The position numbers and the translations under genes were made by a program. Below the pieces are notes generated by a model, which was not told the origin of the DNA, searched no databases, and worked only from the letters and a program-made list of their open reading frames with translations. Shown here piece by piece: positions 12,256 through 25,003 of a DNA stretch of 64,000 bases. Where the stretch lies: positions 3,907,802 through 3,971,801 of the forward strand of contig MU054400.1 of assembly GCA_013239625.1 (NCBI GenBank). Direction: 5' to 3'. The stretch is from Lama guanicoe. Lineage: Eukaryota. Each line of letters begins with the position of its first letter. The first letter of the stretch is position 1.

Positions 12256-12305
<50 letters not shown>
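12256..12305. repeat. (GT)n(TA)n microsatellite
   Basis: Directly visible, abutting the MITE end. Confidence 0.95.
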
Positions 12306-12334
12306 GTCCATTTTGGTAGGTGTATTTCCATATA

Positions 12335-13510
12335 TGTAACTCCAAAGTGAGTGTGGAGACCAGGTTGGATATGGACAAAACCCAGTCTCATTACTCCTAT
12401 ATCCTTCCCGCTCACATCAGGGTTATAACAGTCAGATTTTGGAGATTAAAGGGGAAGATTTGGGGGACCATCTGTCTATGTGCTGCAAGTCCTCCCCACC
12501 CTTGGGGGAGATGCATGGTTGTCTTTTACCTAAAGCCCAGGGAAATTGACTTTAATGGGACAATTTGGACAGCTTAATATATGGCTCCTGCAGTTTGGTA
12601 GGTGGGGTGAACTGGTGTTGGACTCAGGCATAGAAATCTACAGGGTGAGTGACCAACTGAGCCGCTGCTCTGATGGTGGATCACATGAGAGCTACCTGCA
12701 TCCCTGGGATGAGCCTGCACCCAAAAAGAGTTTGTAGGAGCACAGGACTCATGAGTGTTTCTTACAGACGAGACTTTGTCAGGAGAGAAAGCCAGAGTAG
12801 GGTTGTCTCAATATCTCCAAAGAGGGCCACCTGGAGAGGCACGGCTTCCTCAACAGAAACATGCTGCTCAAAGTCCACTTGCTGCAGGAAAAGGCTCTGG
12901 CAACCAACTGGACTAGAGAATCAATTGAAGGAACTGCAAATACAAATCCCTAGCAATAGTGGGGAAAGATGCCTGAAAAACCCACAAAAATATTTGAGAG
13001 AAAAAGTCAGCTTTAAACAAATGTCAAGTCCAGAGAGCATCATGGTCCTATTCTAGGACAATCACAGTCAAGAAGAGTTTCCTGCCTCCTTTCTCTTCTC
13101 TACTTTCTCCAACCCTGAAGGACTAACTGATGGGGGAAGAGGAATGGAAGATCCAGATGGGGAAAGAGAGACTGTGCCCGCAGCATCTCCTCCCACTGCA
13201 GCCTTCCTCTCTGTGGTGGACCAGACTTGGGGGGCATGAAGCATTCTTTAAAATGTAAAACAGGGTGAAAACTTCACCTATTACATGTCAGTGGGCATTT
13301 TAAATCAGAAATTGCCACTGTGCTATATGACTTGGAATGCACACTTATGTAAAAGGGACCAGAAAAATGAAGGGGCTAATCAAGTTTTCTTCTAGGCTCA
13401 TGGGAAGAAATAGCCCCAGAGAGCACATTTAAAAGGACACAAGGAAGTAAAACTAGAATTCCTTTCTGATCCTACCCTATGATTTCTTCTATTTCCATAC
13501 AATACTTACA
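12335..13510 (+). mobile_element. ancient Gypsy-type solo LTR (MamGypLTR-like)
   Basis: TGTAA...TTACA termini; the 3' part 'gaccagaaaa.tga.ggg...agttttc.tctagg...gggaagaa.tagcccca...atttaaaaggaca..' resembles recalled MamGypLTR consensus. Confidence 0.55.
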
Positions 13511-14669
13511 GTTTTCCCAAGTTGCAACGTTTGATTTTAAATAAATATATGTAGATTGTCCTTTTTCCTAGCAATACTTAAAATATATCTGGCCAGGTCA
13601 TAATATGTTGGTATCACCTTTAAATTTGTTTACTTTGTTGTTGTTCTTATGAGACAGTCCAAGAATTGAAAACACATTTTCAAATTGACACTAGGAATTA
13701 TTAATCAGTCCTTTCTGCGTTTCTTTTTTAAGTTTTATAATTTTATGTTAGTTCTAATGATCTGCTATTGTTTGTTTAACTGAAATAGACCTTCCTGTGG
13801 TTGTCAACCAATGAATCATGTAATTGTCACATATTTCCGTACTGCACAGATTATGTTGTTAGTCCTAATGTCTGTATGTCAAATTTCTACTGCTTGGATG
13901 GATGGCATTAAAATGCACGGTGCACTCAGATAGGAATAAACCTGTCAGGGCAGCATTTTGTAAAGGGTATTGTTGACCTGATGCCCACCAGAATTTAATT
14001 GAAATTGGTGTTTTCCCAATTCAGATATCCTACAGATGGCAAATACTAGATGGCACAGTTCTGGGGTTATTGTCTGATGTTGTCTCAGTGTGTATTAGCG
14101 AAGGTGTGACTAAGAGACATTTCTACCCGATAATCCCTGGATTCTTTTCTTTTTGGCTCATTTTTCTGTGACTCTTCTTTATGATTGTTCTGTTCTTCTT
14201 GTGATCTGCTTGGTCCTGTCTCAGCCAGTTGCGGCCCCGTGAAGTCTCATGCCATCACCAGTGGCTAGGAACCAGGCCCTGCCCAACAGTCACCATTCCC
14301 ATAGACCAAGGAGCCCCCATGCGGGATGTGAACCAGCAGGGAGAGACTCCGGCACCCAGGGAACTGGCTGATAAGACCCACAGGAGACCCTGCCTTTCTC
14401 CGTCACTGCCTTGAAGTAATGGAACCAGAGTGTGGTGGATGGGAAGTGAGATGGGAGGGCAAGCAGATGCGTCCTCCAAAGACAGAAGAGTTTTAGGGGC
14501 CTCTCCGGACATTGATCACAAAGACCAAGCAATGAACTGCTTGTTGCCCAGAACTGCCAAGCCCATACTCCTTACAGATCATCTTTCCTGCCTCCTACCC
14601 CTCTTGTGCTATTACTTTCCTGGGGTGACTTCTTTCTTTGGGAGTTTCCCTTAAAAATCCTTCTTTATG

Positions 14670-15250
14670 TATTATTTATTTGGCAAATATATCTGGAACA
14701 CTTCCTATGGGCCAAGATGGTGCTAGTGTGTTCCTTGTGGGCTATTTGATTGAACAATAAGATTTTTCTCTTTTTAAAATTTTTAATAGAGGTACTGGGG
14801 ATTGAACCCAGGACCTTGTGCATGCTAAGTATGTGCTCTATCACTGAGCTATTTCCCTCCTCCAACAGTAAGATTTTTTTAGTTTTTTTTTAATTAAAAA
14901 ATAGTCAGGAGGTGATATGATCTAATCATAAGACTTGAAAAGGTGCCCTGCCTACTGCATGGGGAATAAGTGTTGTTGGGCAGCATTGAATCAGAGGGGC
15001 ACATAGGAGGCTGTCCCATCATGGCCTGAATGGGGGTGGTGATGGTCAAGATGGGGAGGAGTGGACGGATTTATGATGTAATTTGGAGATAATGAAAACA
15101 TTATTTGGCGATGGATTGTATAAACAGGAATGAGGAAAATGGAATTGACAATGACTTCTGGGTTTGTGACATGAGGAAACGCATGGGTCATTTACGGAGA
15201 TGAGGAAGATAGCAGGGGTGGGGGTTGGTCATGGAAGGATGCCCAGTTTT
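14670..15250 (-). mobile_element. L2 fragments (interrupted by a SINE)
   Basis: L2 3' end 'atttatttggcaaatatatct.gaaca..tcctatgggccaag'; L2-like 'atgacttctgggtttgtgac.tgag..aac..atgg.tcatttac.gagatgaggaaga'. Confidence 0.65.
14768..14863 (-). mobile_element. tRNA-Ala-derived SINE (camelid vic-1 type, short form) with TSD
   Basis: Same head as 4268-4399; flanked by 15-bp direct repeats aacaataagattttt (14753-14767) and aacagtaagattttt (14864-14878). Confidence 0.92.
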
Positions 15251-17017
15251 GTGGGGTAAATAGGAATCTTTCAACCCTTTGATGGACTTGAAGGCACATC
15301 ACTAATTCACCTCCTTAAAGTCCCTTTTTCAGCTAAACAACACTCTACTTAATAAGATAAACGTATTTTTCTTTGTCCGTATTGGGTATAGTTGATTGTG
15401 TAAAGACAGTCATTTAAAAAAAGTCTACCTCTTTAATTTTGTTACCCTTTGCCAACTTCTCTTCCTTACCCATTAAGGAGTTCTGCTCTCAGTAGTGTAT
15501 CTTTGATTCATTCAATTTAAATGATGTACTTTGTTTAACTTTTTGCACTTTTGAGCTAAACTTTATCGTTTGTCATCACCAATTGTATGTCTTCTAGATC
15601 TCACACTTTAATTTTTCAGAATATAGACACCAACCATATTTACACTTACATTTCACAATTTAAATGACCACTTTACTTCATTCAACAGAAAAGAAATGCA
15701 GAGAAAGGGACAAAGATCTTTAGTGTAAGCAGTTAGATGAAATATTTTCAGAGGAACTAAGAATAAATAATTCAGGGTGAAAACTGCTCTGGAAAATACA
15801 CAATTTCTATTTTTTAAAATATTAGTTGTCAAGGAAAGTTTCATAAGTGAATGGTTAATATCTGAAGATAAATATGAAATTAGATTGAAATGCTTTCCCC
15901 AGAAATATCCCAGCTGTTCCCATCGCAACCTCAGAGTCTCACTTTCACTCAGAATCTGGATTGAACAATCGTCATTTTAGGACAGTGTTCCCTCATGCCA
16001 GGATTTTTGTGGCTGGAGAAGTCAAGAGAGAAATTTAGACCAGTTTTGTTGTACTAGTTCAGTAATCACACTGGAAGATAATAGCAGACTAATCCTAATT
16101 CCGAATATCCTCTGCAAATGATCGTTTGGAATTTAGTATTAGAATTCCCTCTGGACCCCACTAAATTTTCATGAATCAATTTTTTTTTATTTGTCTTCTG
16201 TGGCTATCCCTTGTCTAAACCTGGTATTCTTGATGAGGGTACATTTTTACAAGCAAGAAACAAGTCAAGAATTTCACTTAGGCTGAAACCTTGCTGATGA
16301 GGCTTATATCTAGAAAGGAAAATAAGCACTTTTGTTGAAAGTTCAGCGTTCCCTGGCCCCTAACTCTCTTTCCCATTTTTAGATGGAAAAGCAGAATGGT
16401 AATAGTTTTTGTTAGGTGGAATATTAATGTCCCCCTTTGATGTAAGCTTGCTGTTTGGAACATGGAGCCAAGGTCTCTGGTTTTAGGTTTGAAATTTACT
16501 CTGTGACCAGCTGGTTCATATCTTGACTTGGGGAATTTGAGCTTTAAAGTCAGTATAGTAATTCCCTTTTCCCTTAGGGTGGTGGTGGAGGGCTGTTGTA
16601 GAGCTCAATTAATTTGTAATTTGTAATATGCTTTGAAGAATAAAAGGACTTCATAGAAATAATAAACATTGTCATAACTACAACTTCTGTGTTTGTAAGC
16701 AAACTATTAACACAATTGAGGCTGTTTACACATCAAAAATAAAGTGAAGACTTGGCCATGCTCCAGCTGACTTAATAAATGTAGATAGCTAAAAGATATA
16801 CTTCATTACATAAAATGAACTTCTTTTTGGCCAGGAAAAGGAGGTATTCTTGGATAAACCAGTTTCTTTGTTGGTTCAGATGAACTGAACAACTACTAAA
16901 TGTTCGCTTTTATTTTGTAGACGCGATTCTACAAGGGTAGCAAGTTATAGTGGGTTTGTTTTTGTTTTTTAAAGAAAGTAGACATTTCTACTGACCATGC
17001 TAACTGTTGGCAAGGAT

Positions 17018-17100
17018 TAGGGTTACCAGGCACAATACAGAAGGCTCTGTTAAATTTGCATTTTGAGATAAACAGAAATAATGTTTCAGTGTATACGTGT
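17018..17100. mobile_element. MER53-like hAT MITE (half copy)
   Basis: 'tagggttaccag...aatacag...gttaaatttgcatttt.agataaaca..aataatg' matches one MER53 arm. Confidence 0.7.
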
Positions 17101-17119
17101 ATACAGTGTATACATGCAG

Positions 17120-17830
17120 CACTATAGTGGAGAAATAAATGATAGTAGATTCCTATAATACAATACTATACAGCAATGAGGGTAAACAAATTGCAGCTAT
17201 GTGCAACAATGGGGATGACTTTCAGAAACAATACTGAAGGAAGGCAACAGTCACAAAGTGTGCATACTAGATTATTCCATTTATATGCAATTTAATTTAT
17301 GTTTAAATTTTTAAATTTTTTGAAATTTTTATTGAAGTATAGTCAGTTTACAATGTTGTGTCTGGTGTACAGCATAATGTTCCAGTCATACATGAACATA
17401 CATATATTTGTTTTCATAGTCTTTTTGCCCATAAGTTACCACAAGGTATTGAACATCGTTCTCTGTGCTGTATGGTATGAACTTGTTGTTTATTTATTTT
17501 AAATATATTAGTTAGTATCTGAAAATCTCAAACTCCCAGTTTATCCCTTCTCACCCCCTTCTTCCCCTGGTAACCATAAGTTTGTTTCCTATGTCTGTGA
17601 GTCTTAAAAAGAGACAAAACAAAACTACGAGGTTAGGTCAGCCTAGTGGTTACTCTTAGAAGGTTGTGGCTGGGAGGAGGCAGATGGGGGGGTCCCTGAG
17701 GTGCTGGTCAAGTTCTGTTTCATGATCTGGGTGCTGGTTACATATGTGTTTTCATTACATGAAAATTCACTGAGGTGTTATTCTTGTGATCTCTGAACTT
17801 TATTTATGTTATATCTGAATACAATTTATA
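17120..17830 (+). mobile_element. old LINE-1 3' region (L1MC/ME-like), interrupted by a younger L1
   Basis: 'aatactatacagcaatga...gctatgtgcaacaat.gggatga.tttca.aaaca' before the insert; 'gttctgtttcatgatctgggtgctggttaca' after it. Confidence 0.7.
17300..17605 (-). mobile_element. younger lineage-specific LINE-1 3' end
   Basis: 'ttttattgaagtatagtcagtttacaatgttgtg..tctggtgtacagcat' to 'ggtaaccataagtttgtttcctatgtctgtgagtct'. Confidence 0.9.
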
Positions 17831-17959
17831 AGAAAAGAGAAAAATGGCATGCTTTAACCTCCTTTAACAAACTTCTTCAATTTAGAAAGTTTCAAGCATA
17901 CAATAGAGTCACAAAAACCAAAAAGAAACCAAGCTAATACAAAAGAAAATTATCCAACC

Positions 17960-18320
17960 AGAAAAATACATATGATATCACTTATATGTGGAGTCTAAAA
18001 AAAAAAAAAGACTCACAGACTCACAGACATAGGAAACAAACTTATGGTTACTGGAGGGGGAAGAGGGTGGGAAGGGATAAATTGGGAGTTTGAGATTTGT
18101 AAATACTAATATATATAAAATAGATACACAACAAGTTCATACTGTATAGCACAAGGAACTATATTCAATATCTTGTAGTAACCTATGGTGAAAAAGAATA
18201 TAAAGACAAATCTATGTATGTTCATGTATGCCTGAAGCATTGTGCTGTACACCAGAGATTGACACAACATTGTAAACTGACTGTATGTCAATAAAAACAC
18301 ATTAAAAAGAAAAAAAGAAA
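17960..18320 (+). mobile_element. younger lineage-specific LINE-1 3' end with A-rich tail
   Basis: 'atgatatcacttatatgtgga.tctaaaa', 'gacacaacattgtaaactgact.ta..tcaataaaa'; reverse complement of 17300-17605. Confidence 0.9.
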
Positions 18321-19463
18321 ACGTTTCCAAGAAAAAGTTTGAGAAAGTGAAAAATGTCAAATATTCATTTAGTCGTGCACTTATTACTACATATGAATAT
18401 TTATTCTATGAGGTTAAGATAGCTATTTAAGCTTAAGGTTATGTTTAGTATCATTATTTGTTCCTAAAAATACTTCAAATATATAAAAATTAAGAATTTG
18501 GCTTTTATTATTTGTTCATATACTAAGTAATTTTTCTCTCTCCAGTGGGAACTGCATGAAACAATGATTATCAGATTTGATCACAAATATTAAGTGAATT
18601 CTTACTCAAAACTACCTGGGTAAGAAAAATATAAATCGATGAAGGATGAATTCAAAGCAAATAGTTGTTTAAGAAGAGAGAGAAAATATCAGCATTTATT
18701 TAAAATTGAAAATCTTCCAAGTAACTTAATGACTTCTACTGATGGGAAGGTACATCCTCTATTATAAACATAGAGAACTGACTGGTGATTTTTAAAATGG
18801 ACTTGACCATTAAAAATACACACACACAAACATACAATCTACCAAATAAAATATACATAAAATAAATGTAAATATATAGGTCCACATTGAAAGACAATGT
18901 TCTATTCGTTGTGACTGGTGATTCCTCAGTGCTTGTAGAGCAACAGCTCCTTTTATAGTCAGACAATTTAATGGAACCCCCCCACCTGCCTCTTGTGGCT
19001 CGTACTTTCAATAGCTGTTGCTTGAGAAGATACAAAATGCCACAACGATACAGCAAATTCAGTGAACTTTTATGTACACGTGTCTTATCTGTGAGCATCG
19101 ACTCAACTCTATGTAACAATTGACATTTCCAAATCAAGGCTTAACTTCCTTTCCTAAAAGAGCTGAATTAAATTAAGAGTTTTTTTTTTCTTTTCTAACA
19201 ACCACTGGGAGTGTTCTTGATTTGAATTAATGTAATCAAAGGGCACATTTTGGTGTTTTTCTTAAAATAAAATAACAATTGCCTGGCAGGTCTTCCTTAG
19301 AGAAGACAGAGAACTACTTTTAAATGTAAGATTTTTTCACACTAGCCAGTGCCCTGCCTACCTTTCCACTACAAGCTTCAGGCACTCAATGCCTGAATGT
19401 AAGGACCATGTCACATACTTTTGTCCAGTTCTAAGAGACAAGCATATTGCCTCTACTGCAGGT

Positions 19464-19855
19464 ATATATCAGTCAGGATTGGCTTTGGCATGTTGCAGTA
19501 ACAAACATTTCCATGATGTTAGTTGCCTAAACAGCAAAGTTTTGTTTCTCACTTACATTACCTGTTCAGTGCAGATAGGCAAGGGACTGTGCTCCTTCTC
19601 TCAGAGACCCAGGGTGGCTAAATGGCTACCACTTTGAATTACAGGCCACTGTGCCACAGGGAATAGAGAACTCTGAGTTCTGCATCAACAATTTGGTTTT
19701 CTGTCCGGGATGTGACGCATGTCATTTCTGCTCTCTACTCATTGACCAAAACCAGTCATGTGGCCGCACCCAACCACCTGGGAGCCAGGAAGTGCAATTC
19801 TCCCCTGATACTGGGAGACTGACCACATTGATGAACAGCACCAGTGGCCACCACA
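19464..19855 (-). mobile_element. MaLR solo LTR (MLT1I/J-like)
   Basis: 'atcagtcaggat.ggct...tgttgcagtaacaaac' ... 'cattgaccaaaaccagtcatgtggcc.cacccaac...gccaggaagtgcaa' ... 'ccaccaca'. Confidence 0.75.
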
Positions 19856-22589
19856 ACGTTCTGAACAAACATTTGGTGACTGATTGCCCTCCTTTTCTCA
19901 GAAAGAGCTCATGGATCTTTTTAACTTCCAGCTGGATTCTCTTTCATTTCTCTTCTTGTGGACTTAGAGATAAAAAAAATAGGGCCTATTCTACTGTTTC
20001 AAGAATGCTATTTATTTTTCAATCTGTTGTTCTCTCCAACTTTATTTTCCTTGCATTACTTATTCCACTCCTGGGACTTCTGACCTGTTAGTTTTGACAA
20101 TACTCTAAAAACCTGAGACTGAAACTTACCGGGCTCCTGACTGACACTGGGGAAAAGCATTCGGCTTGGCTCCCTCTCTGGGTCCTGCCTTGTGTCACAC
20201 TTCTCCCTCCCAGATATTCACACATTAGTATTACAGATTCCTGAGCTTTCCTGAGAGAGCCTTAAATTCCTCCCTCTCGCGTCTCCTGAACTTTCAACTC
20301 CAGGATCTATTAGGCCATGTAAAGGGAATTGTGCTGAGAAAATCACAGTCTGGTTAGAATCACTTCTCTCTTCCAGTAAAAAAAAAAGTAGGTTTCGTGA
20401 AAGAAACAGTTTCGGTGCAAGATGGCTCTAGCTGCTTCCTACATTTTGTCTGTTCAGAGTTAGTGTCCATGTTGTACACTTTTAGTTGTGGTTCAGGCCA
20501 AAGCTGCAGTAATATGAGTTATCTACTCAGATATTAAAAATAGTAGTTGATAAGAACTGTACAAAACTAGCTTCTTCCAAATGAAAAAGTTTAGTATTTT
20601 TTTTTAAAAGCAGAGACATTGTTTATAATCAAACCTTTTTAAAAACTTTGGTGTATATTTAACAGGCTTCAACTTTCCCATGATGAGATAGCTCACTCTA
20701 AGGTAAAACAGATAGATATGTTTATCCAAATATGGGTATAGTCTTACTTCTAAGCCCTTCCCTTAGAGCCATCTATAGTGATATATACAGCTATAGAAAT
20801 GTCTTTGCAACAGGAAGATGCAATGGAAAATAAACCAGACCATGCCTTACACTGAAGGCAAGTGATGTGATATATTGTAGGGCAGGCAATTTTAAACACT
20901 TCTGTTAGGTCCGGCTAATTTTCTAGCCTAAGATCAGAATCCAAACATGGTTAAGCCAATATATGTGGATTTCTATACAAAACATATGTGAATAACATTA
21001 TTTTTTGGAGAGATTATGGGCAGACTCTTTCTGGTAAATATAATTATCTGGGATTATGGTTCAATTCCTGGCACTGTCGGTGAGGTTTAGGAACTTTCCA
21101 GGGAATGGCAGTTTTCGCTCTCCATATGTCATAGCTCTGTTTTGACCCAGAATGACAGTCCATGAAGTAAGCGGAATTGTTTTTTTCCCCCGCCAGGTAC
21201 CAGATGCTCCTGTAACAAGAGCAGCACGGAGGCTCTTTCCCAGAGAAGAGAAAGTGATCAAAAATGAGGGAAAAAAAAAATCAAGAGTGAGAAAAAATCG
21301 AATAGAACAGGCTTCTTCCAGGTACGCCTGTTCCAGTTCCACAAGGTGGCAGTCAGTATGTTCCTAAGCAGCCATCTGCTTATGAGAAGAATGAAGCCAC
21401 TTGGTGGCTGAGTAGTTCCTGTATGCGCTGCAGGAATTGATCCTATTGAAACCAGAGTAAACACATTTGAAGCCTGGGTCAGTGTTCATGAGAACCCCCC
21501 TCTGCAAGCTGCTTCTTTAGCTCTCAGGAGGGAAACAGCAGAGGGAGACAAGCGCAGCCTGACTTTGTACAGCGAGGTTCTGCCGGCCACAAAGCGGGAG
21601 GCCGCAGAACTCGCTTTCTCTTTGCCACTGTCTTGATGTTTTCTTTAAATTAGATAAGAATCAAGCCATCTGTTGGCTTTCAAGGCTGAAAATCCAGTCC
21701 ATGGCTGAATGATAAATTGGACAAAAACAAATTTCGAAGCACTGTACTTAGAGCAAGCAGTCACGGAATAACCAAATGATGCTAACATGAGTTTATTTAG
21801 ATTTTTACCCAGAAAGATAAATTCATCTAGAAGTTAGAAGGAGCATATTAGTATAGTCAAATTCAAACTTCTTAAAATTTCAATCTTTTTGTCTGGATCA
21901 GTAGAATCAGAGTGATTGCTTCAAAACCATGCTTTCTGACATCATTAATGCTGGAATAAGAATATCCAAGATTTAGATTAGATACAGGAAGTTTCTAAAC
22001 ATGGAAACTGAAGTCCCTTTTCTGCAGGTCTACCCAAATTGGATGATTCCATATGAATTATTTAGGACCCTCCTAATCCCGTATCTGGATTCATATCTCC
22101 TCCCTGAAGGGGAGGATCAGCCACTTGGAAGCACATTTTGGGTCTCTCAGCACAAATGTCAACAAATGTTGATTGAGCAACCACTGTTCAATTCAGACCC
22201 TGACACTCAAGGATGAGAGAGGCACATTGCTCTCAAGGACAGAAAGTCCCTTCTTCTCTATCTCTTTGCAAAAATTGATTAGTAGCCTTGTTTATGACCT
22301 TTGTTTGCACATAAAACTTGAGAGCACCATTGATGAAGAATGCACCTGAAGTTTCTGCTGGGTCTCTGAATAGGCATTTAGCTGTGTAGCTGGTCCTAGG
22401 TAGGCTTGTCTCGTGACCATTACATACCTAGCGGAATAAGCGCTTCCATTAACTTTCCTTGGCAAGGGCTACAAAATAGTTTTATTTTCCTCTTTGAGCA
22501 TAGGATGATCCATAGCTAGTAAGTAGCACTTCCCTAGGACAAAGTGAGGAAGTAAAGTCTAATATTTAATATGAGCTTTATGATCTTTG

Positions 22590-22790
22590 AAGACCTTCTT
22601 TCTACTGGGCGCAAGCTGCTCCTTATAATGATTATCTCCAGGCATAAAACACAGAGAAGTGTTATTGTCCTAATTTTACAGATGGGGAGACTAAGGCAAT
22701 GGCGGATTAAGAGATTAATCCATTCTTACATTATCCATTGGGGACAAAGTTCACAATAGGGTACTAACATCTATTTTATAGCAAAGGGCC
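22590..22790 (-). mobile_element. MIR
   Basis: 'ttattgtcct.attttacagatggggagactaaggc' is the MIR core in reverse. Confidence 0.75.
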
Positions 22791-22849
22791 TCTGTTTGCC
22801 TGAAAAATGGTTTTTTTTTTTGTACATTAGAGAAACGTACACCCTGTGG

Positions 22850-22976
22850 GCAGAGGTAGCCTCATGGGTACCTGGCTTGGTAAAAGGAGCATGGGGTGAA
22901 TTTCAGTTCCTACTCACCCGCCTTGCCTGAGTACCTTTGTGCAGTACCCAACTTGCACAACTCTGTGTCATCCCTG
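22850..22976. mobile_element. hAT-Tip100 MITE (MER91-like)
   Basis: End 'tttgtgcagtacccaacttgcacaact.tgt..catccctg' resembles a MER91 terminus. Confidence 0.45.
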
Positions 22977-25003
22977 TCCCTGTTACCATTTCATACTTGG
23001 GAATTAGACCCTTAAATGCTTTGGTGAGAAAATTGAGCACTGGAAAACACAGGAACATGGCAGATGTGTAAATGAGCATTCAATGAATGGATTAAGTCAG
23101 GCAACCCACCTCATGGGCCTGGTCCCCCTGTACCATTATATCACCGTGGCTGTGGAGCTCCCTGCGAGGGCGTGTTTACAGCAGAGGCAGAGGTCAAGGT
23201 TAGGCACAGTCCTCAACTGAGTGCCTCTTCTTCCTAAAAGTGTTACATTTCTTTGGAAGTACTTGCTCCTAATCCTTATATGTAAGAGGAATAAAACCAC
23301 TAAGACCACTTGTCATTTCCTCTGAGTTGACCACAAACCTGTAAGTAGGTGGGGCGTCCTGCGTGGGGGCCTGGGAGGAAGAAACCACCAACAGCTCTCC
23401 TCCCTCCATGCCCACAGGAGTCCTGGGCAAGAGGGTGAGGCAGAGGGCCACATCAGGGCTCTGTTAGACAGACAGATTTGTGAATAGACCTGGACCTACT
23501 GATTGGGATCCCTCAGGCAGTGGGGCTGTAGATGCTTCTTCCCTTCTTTCAAGGGTCAGAGTGATGGTTCAGTAAGCAGGTAGGAAAAAAATGGATTCTT
23601 TTTTTCAAAGGCTTGAAAAGTACCCTGTCCCCTCAGCCATCTCTTAGATGGAATGGAGAGCATCGAGCCTGAAGTTTCCTTATTTTCGAGTTATCATTAG
23701 TGGAAAACTCGGAGGAGCAACAAGAGTCTCCTCTTCTTCCTGCGTCTTCTATCACACCCAGCTTGTTAAATTCTTGATTAATACCTAGAGGTTGCTGATA
23801 ATGCCAGCTTGATCTAGACTGGATGTGAGCCTGGGATGTGTCCGATACTAGATAACCCTCAGAGAGCTCCTCTTTGTAAATGGCAGAATTAGGGCATCTT
23901 TTGAATTACCAGTATTTTCATGCTGTAGCTATGAAAATGAAATTATCTGGTACTGAGAAAGAGACCCCTTCCCCTCTTCCCCCAATAGAGTCTTGTAACC
24001 ATCATGAATTACTTTTCCTTCCATGTCCCAAATCCCTCAGTTTTCATCATTCTTAGGTAGCTCAAGTATTTGGACCCTTTAAGTCCTCAAACATGATTTC
24101 TCTGTCATTTTAATTTCCACATTTTAAATGAATTTTTTAACTGGCTGCCTTTATTTAATTGCTTTGTTGTTTATCTATTAATCTTTTGGGGGGCCAAGTG
24201 AGTGAACAGGCGGGAATGTCCTAATGAAAGGATGCTCTGACTTAAGAAACTCTGCACCACCCACCAAGCAGCAAGATGCCTGGCTCTGCCCTGACTTCTG
24301 AATTCTGACACACAGAATTTTTACTTCATGTACAGTTTACCCACCAGTCAATAGATTCCTACTGTTATAAAGATTTTATAGCTGTCCCATGACAATATGA
24401 TACTTAGGCTGTGAGAGAAGCCTGGGCACACAAGACTGTCTCCAGATGAGGAATGTGCTCAGGGTTGTACCCCTAGAGAGCAGATAAAGACCAGCTGAGA
24501 GGGGTGTCTGCTGAGGAATGTTGCTTAAATCTGAACTTTGCAGTCATGAAAAATAGAAAGACGCACATTGTTATGACAGTGTTTCCAGGTAGGTATTATT
24601 TCTTTGTCCTCAATAGGAATAACATTTCTAAGCATATTTTTGACTAGCTTTCCTTCAGGAGCAATGCTGGGAAAGATCACTTACTTATCTTCTAGCTTCC
24701 TGAGCCTTCCCAAGCTTTATACTAGCTCTGGAGAAATTAGCACTTGTACTGCAGTCAGCTGACATACTGACATATTAGGCTTATGGTTATTCACATAAAA
24801 ACAACACCAAATTGTATATTTATTTTGCTAGGAACTTTTGATTCTTTTCCAACTGAATCTTTATAAAATTTGGAAGTTTGTATCTTTTTTTTGCTCTGAG
24901 TTAAAAAAAAATCTTTGTAGTCTCAGTTTTTAGCGTAACATCAGACACAGAGAAAGAGCTATGACTGCAGAATGAATAAATGAATGAATAGAATGACCAC
25001 CAG

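Noticed and set aside
16283..16320. CTGATGAG...GAAA hammerhead-like core
   Set aside because: Stem II cannot form (no closing G-C pair) and stems I and III are absent
19651..20091. 146-aa ORF, the longest in the window
   Set aside because: Non-ATG start, half inside a MaLR LTR, low-complexity hydrophobic tail from T-rich DNA
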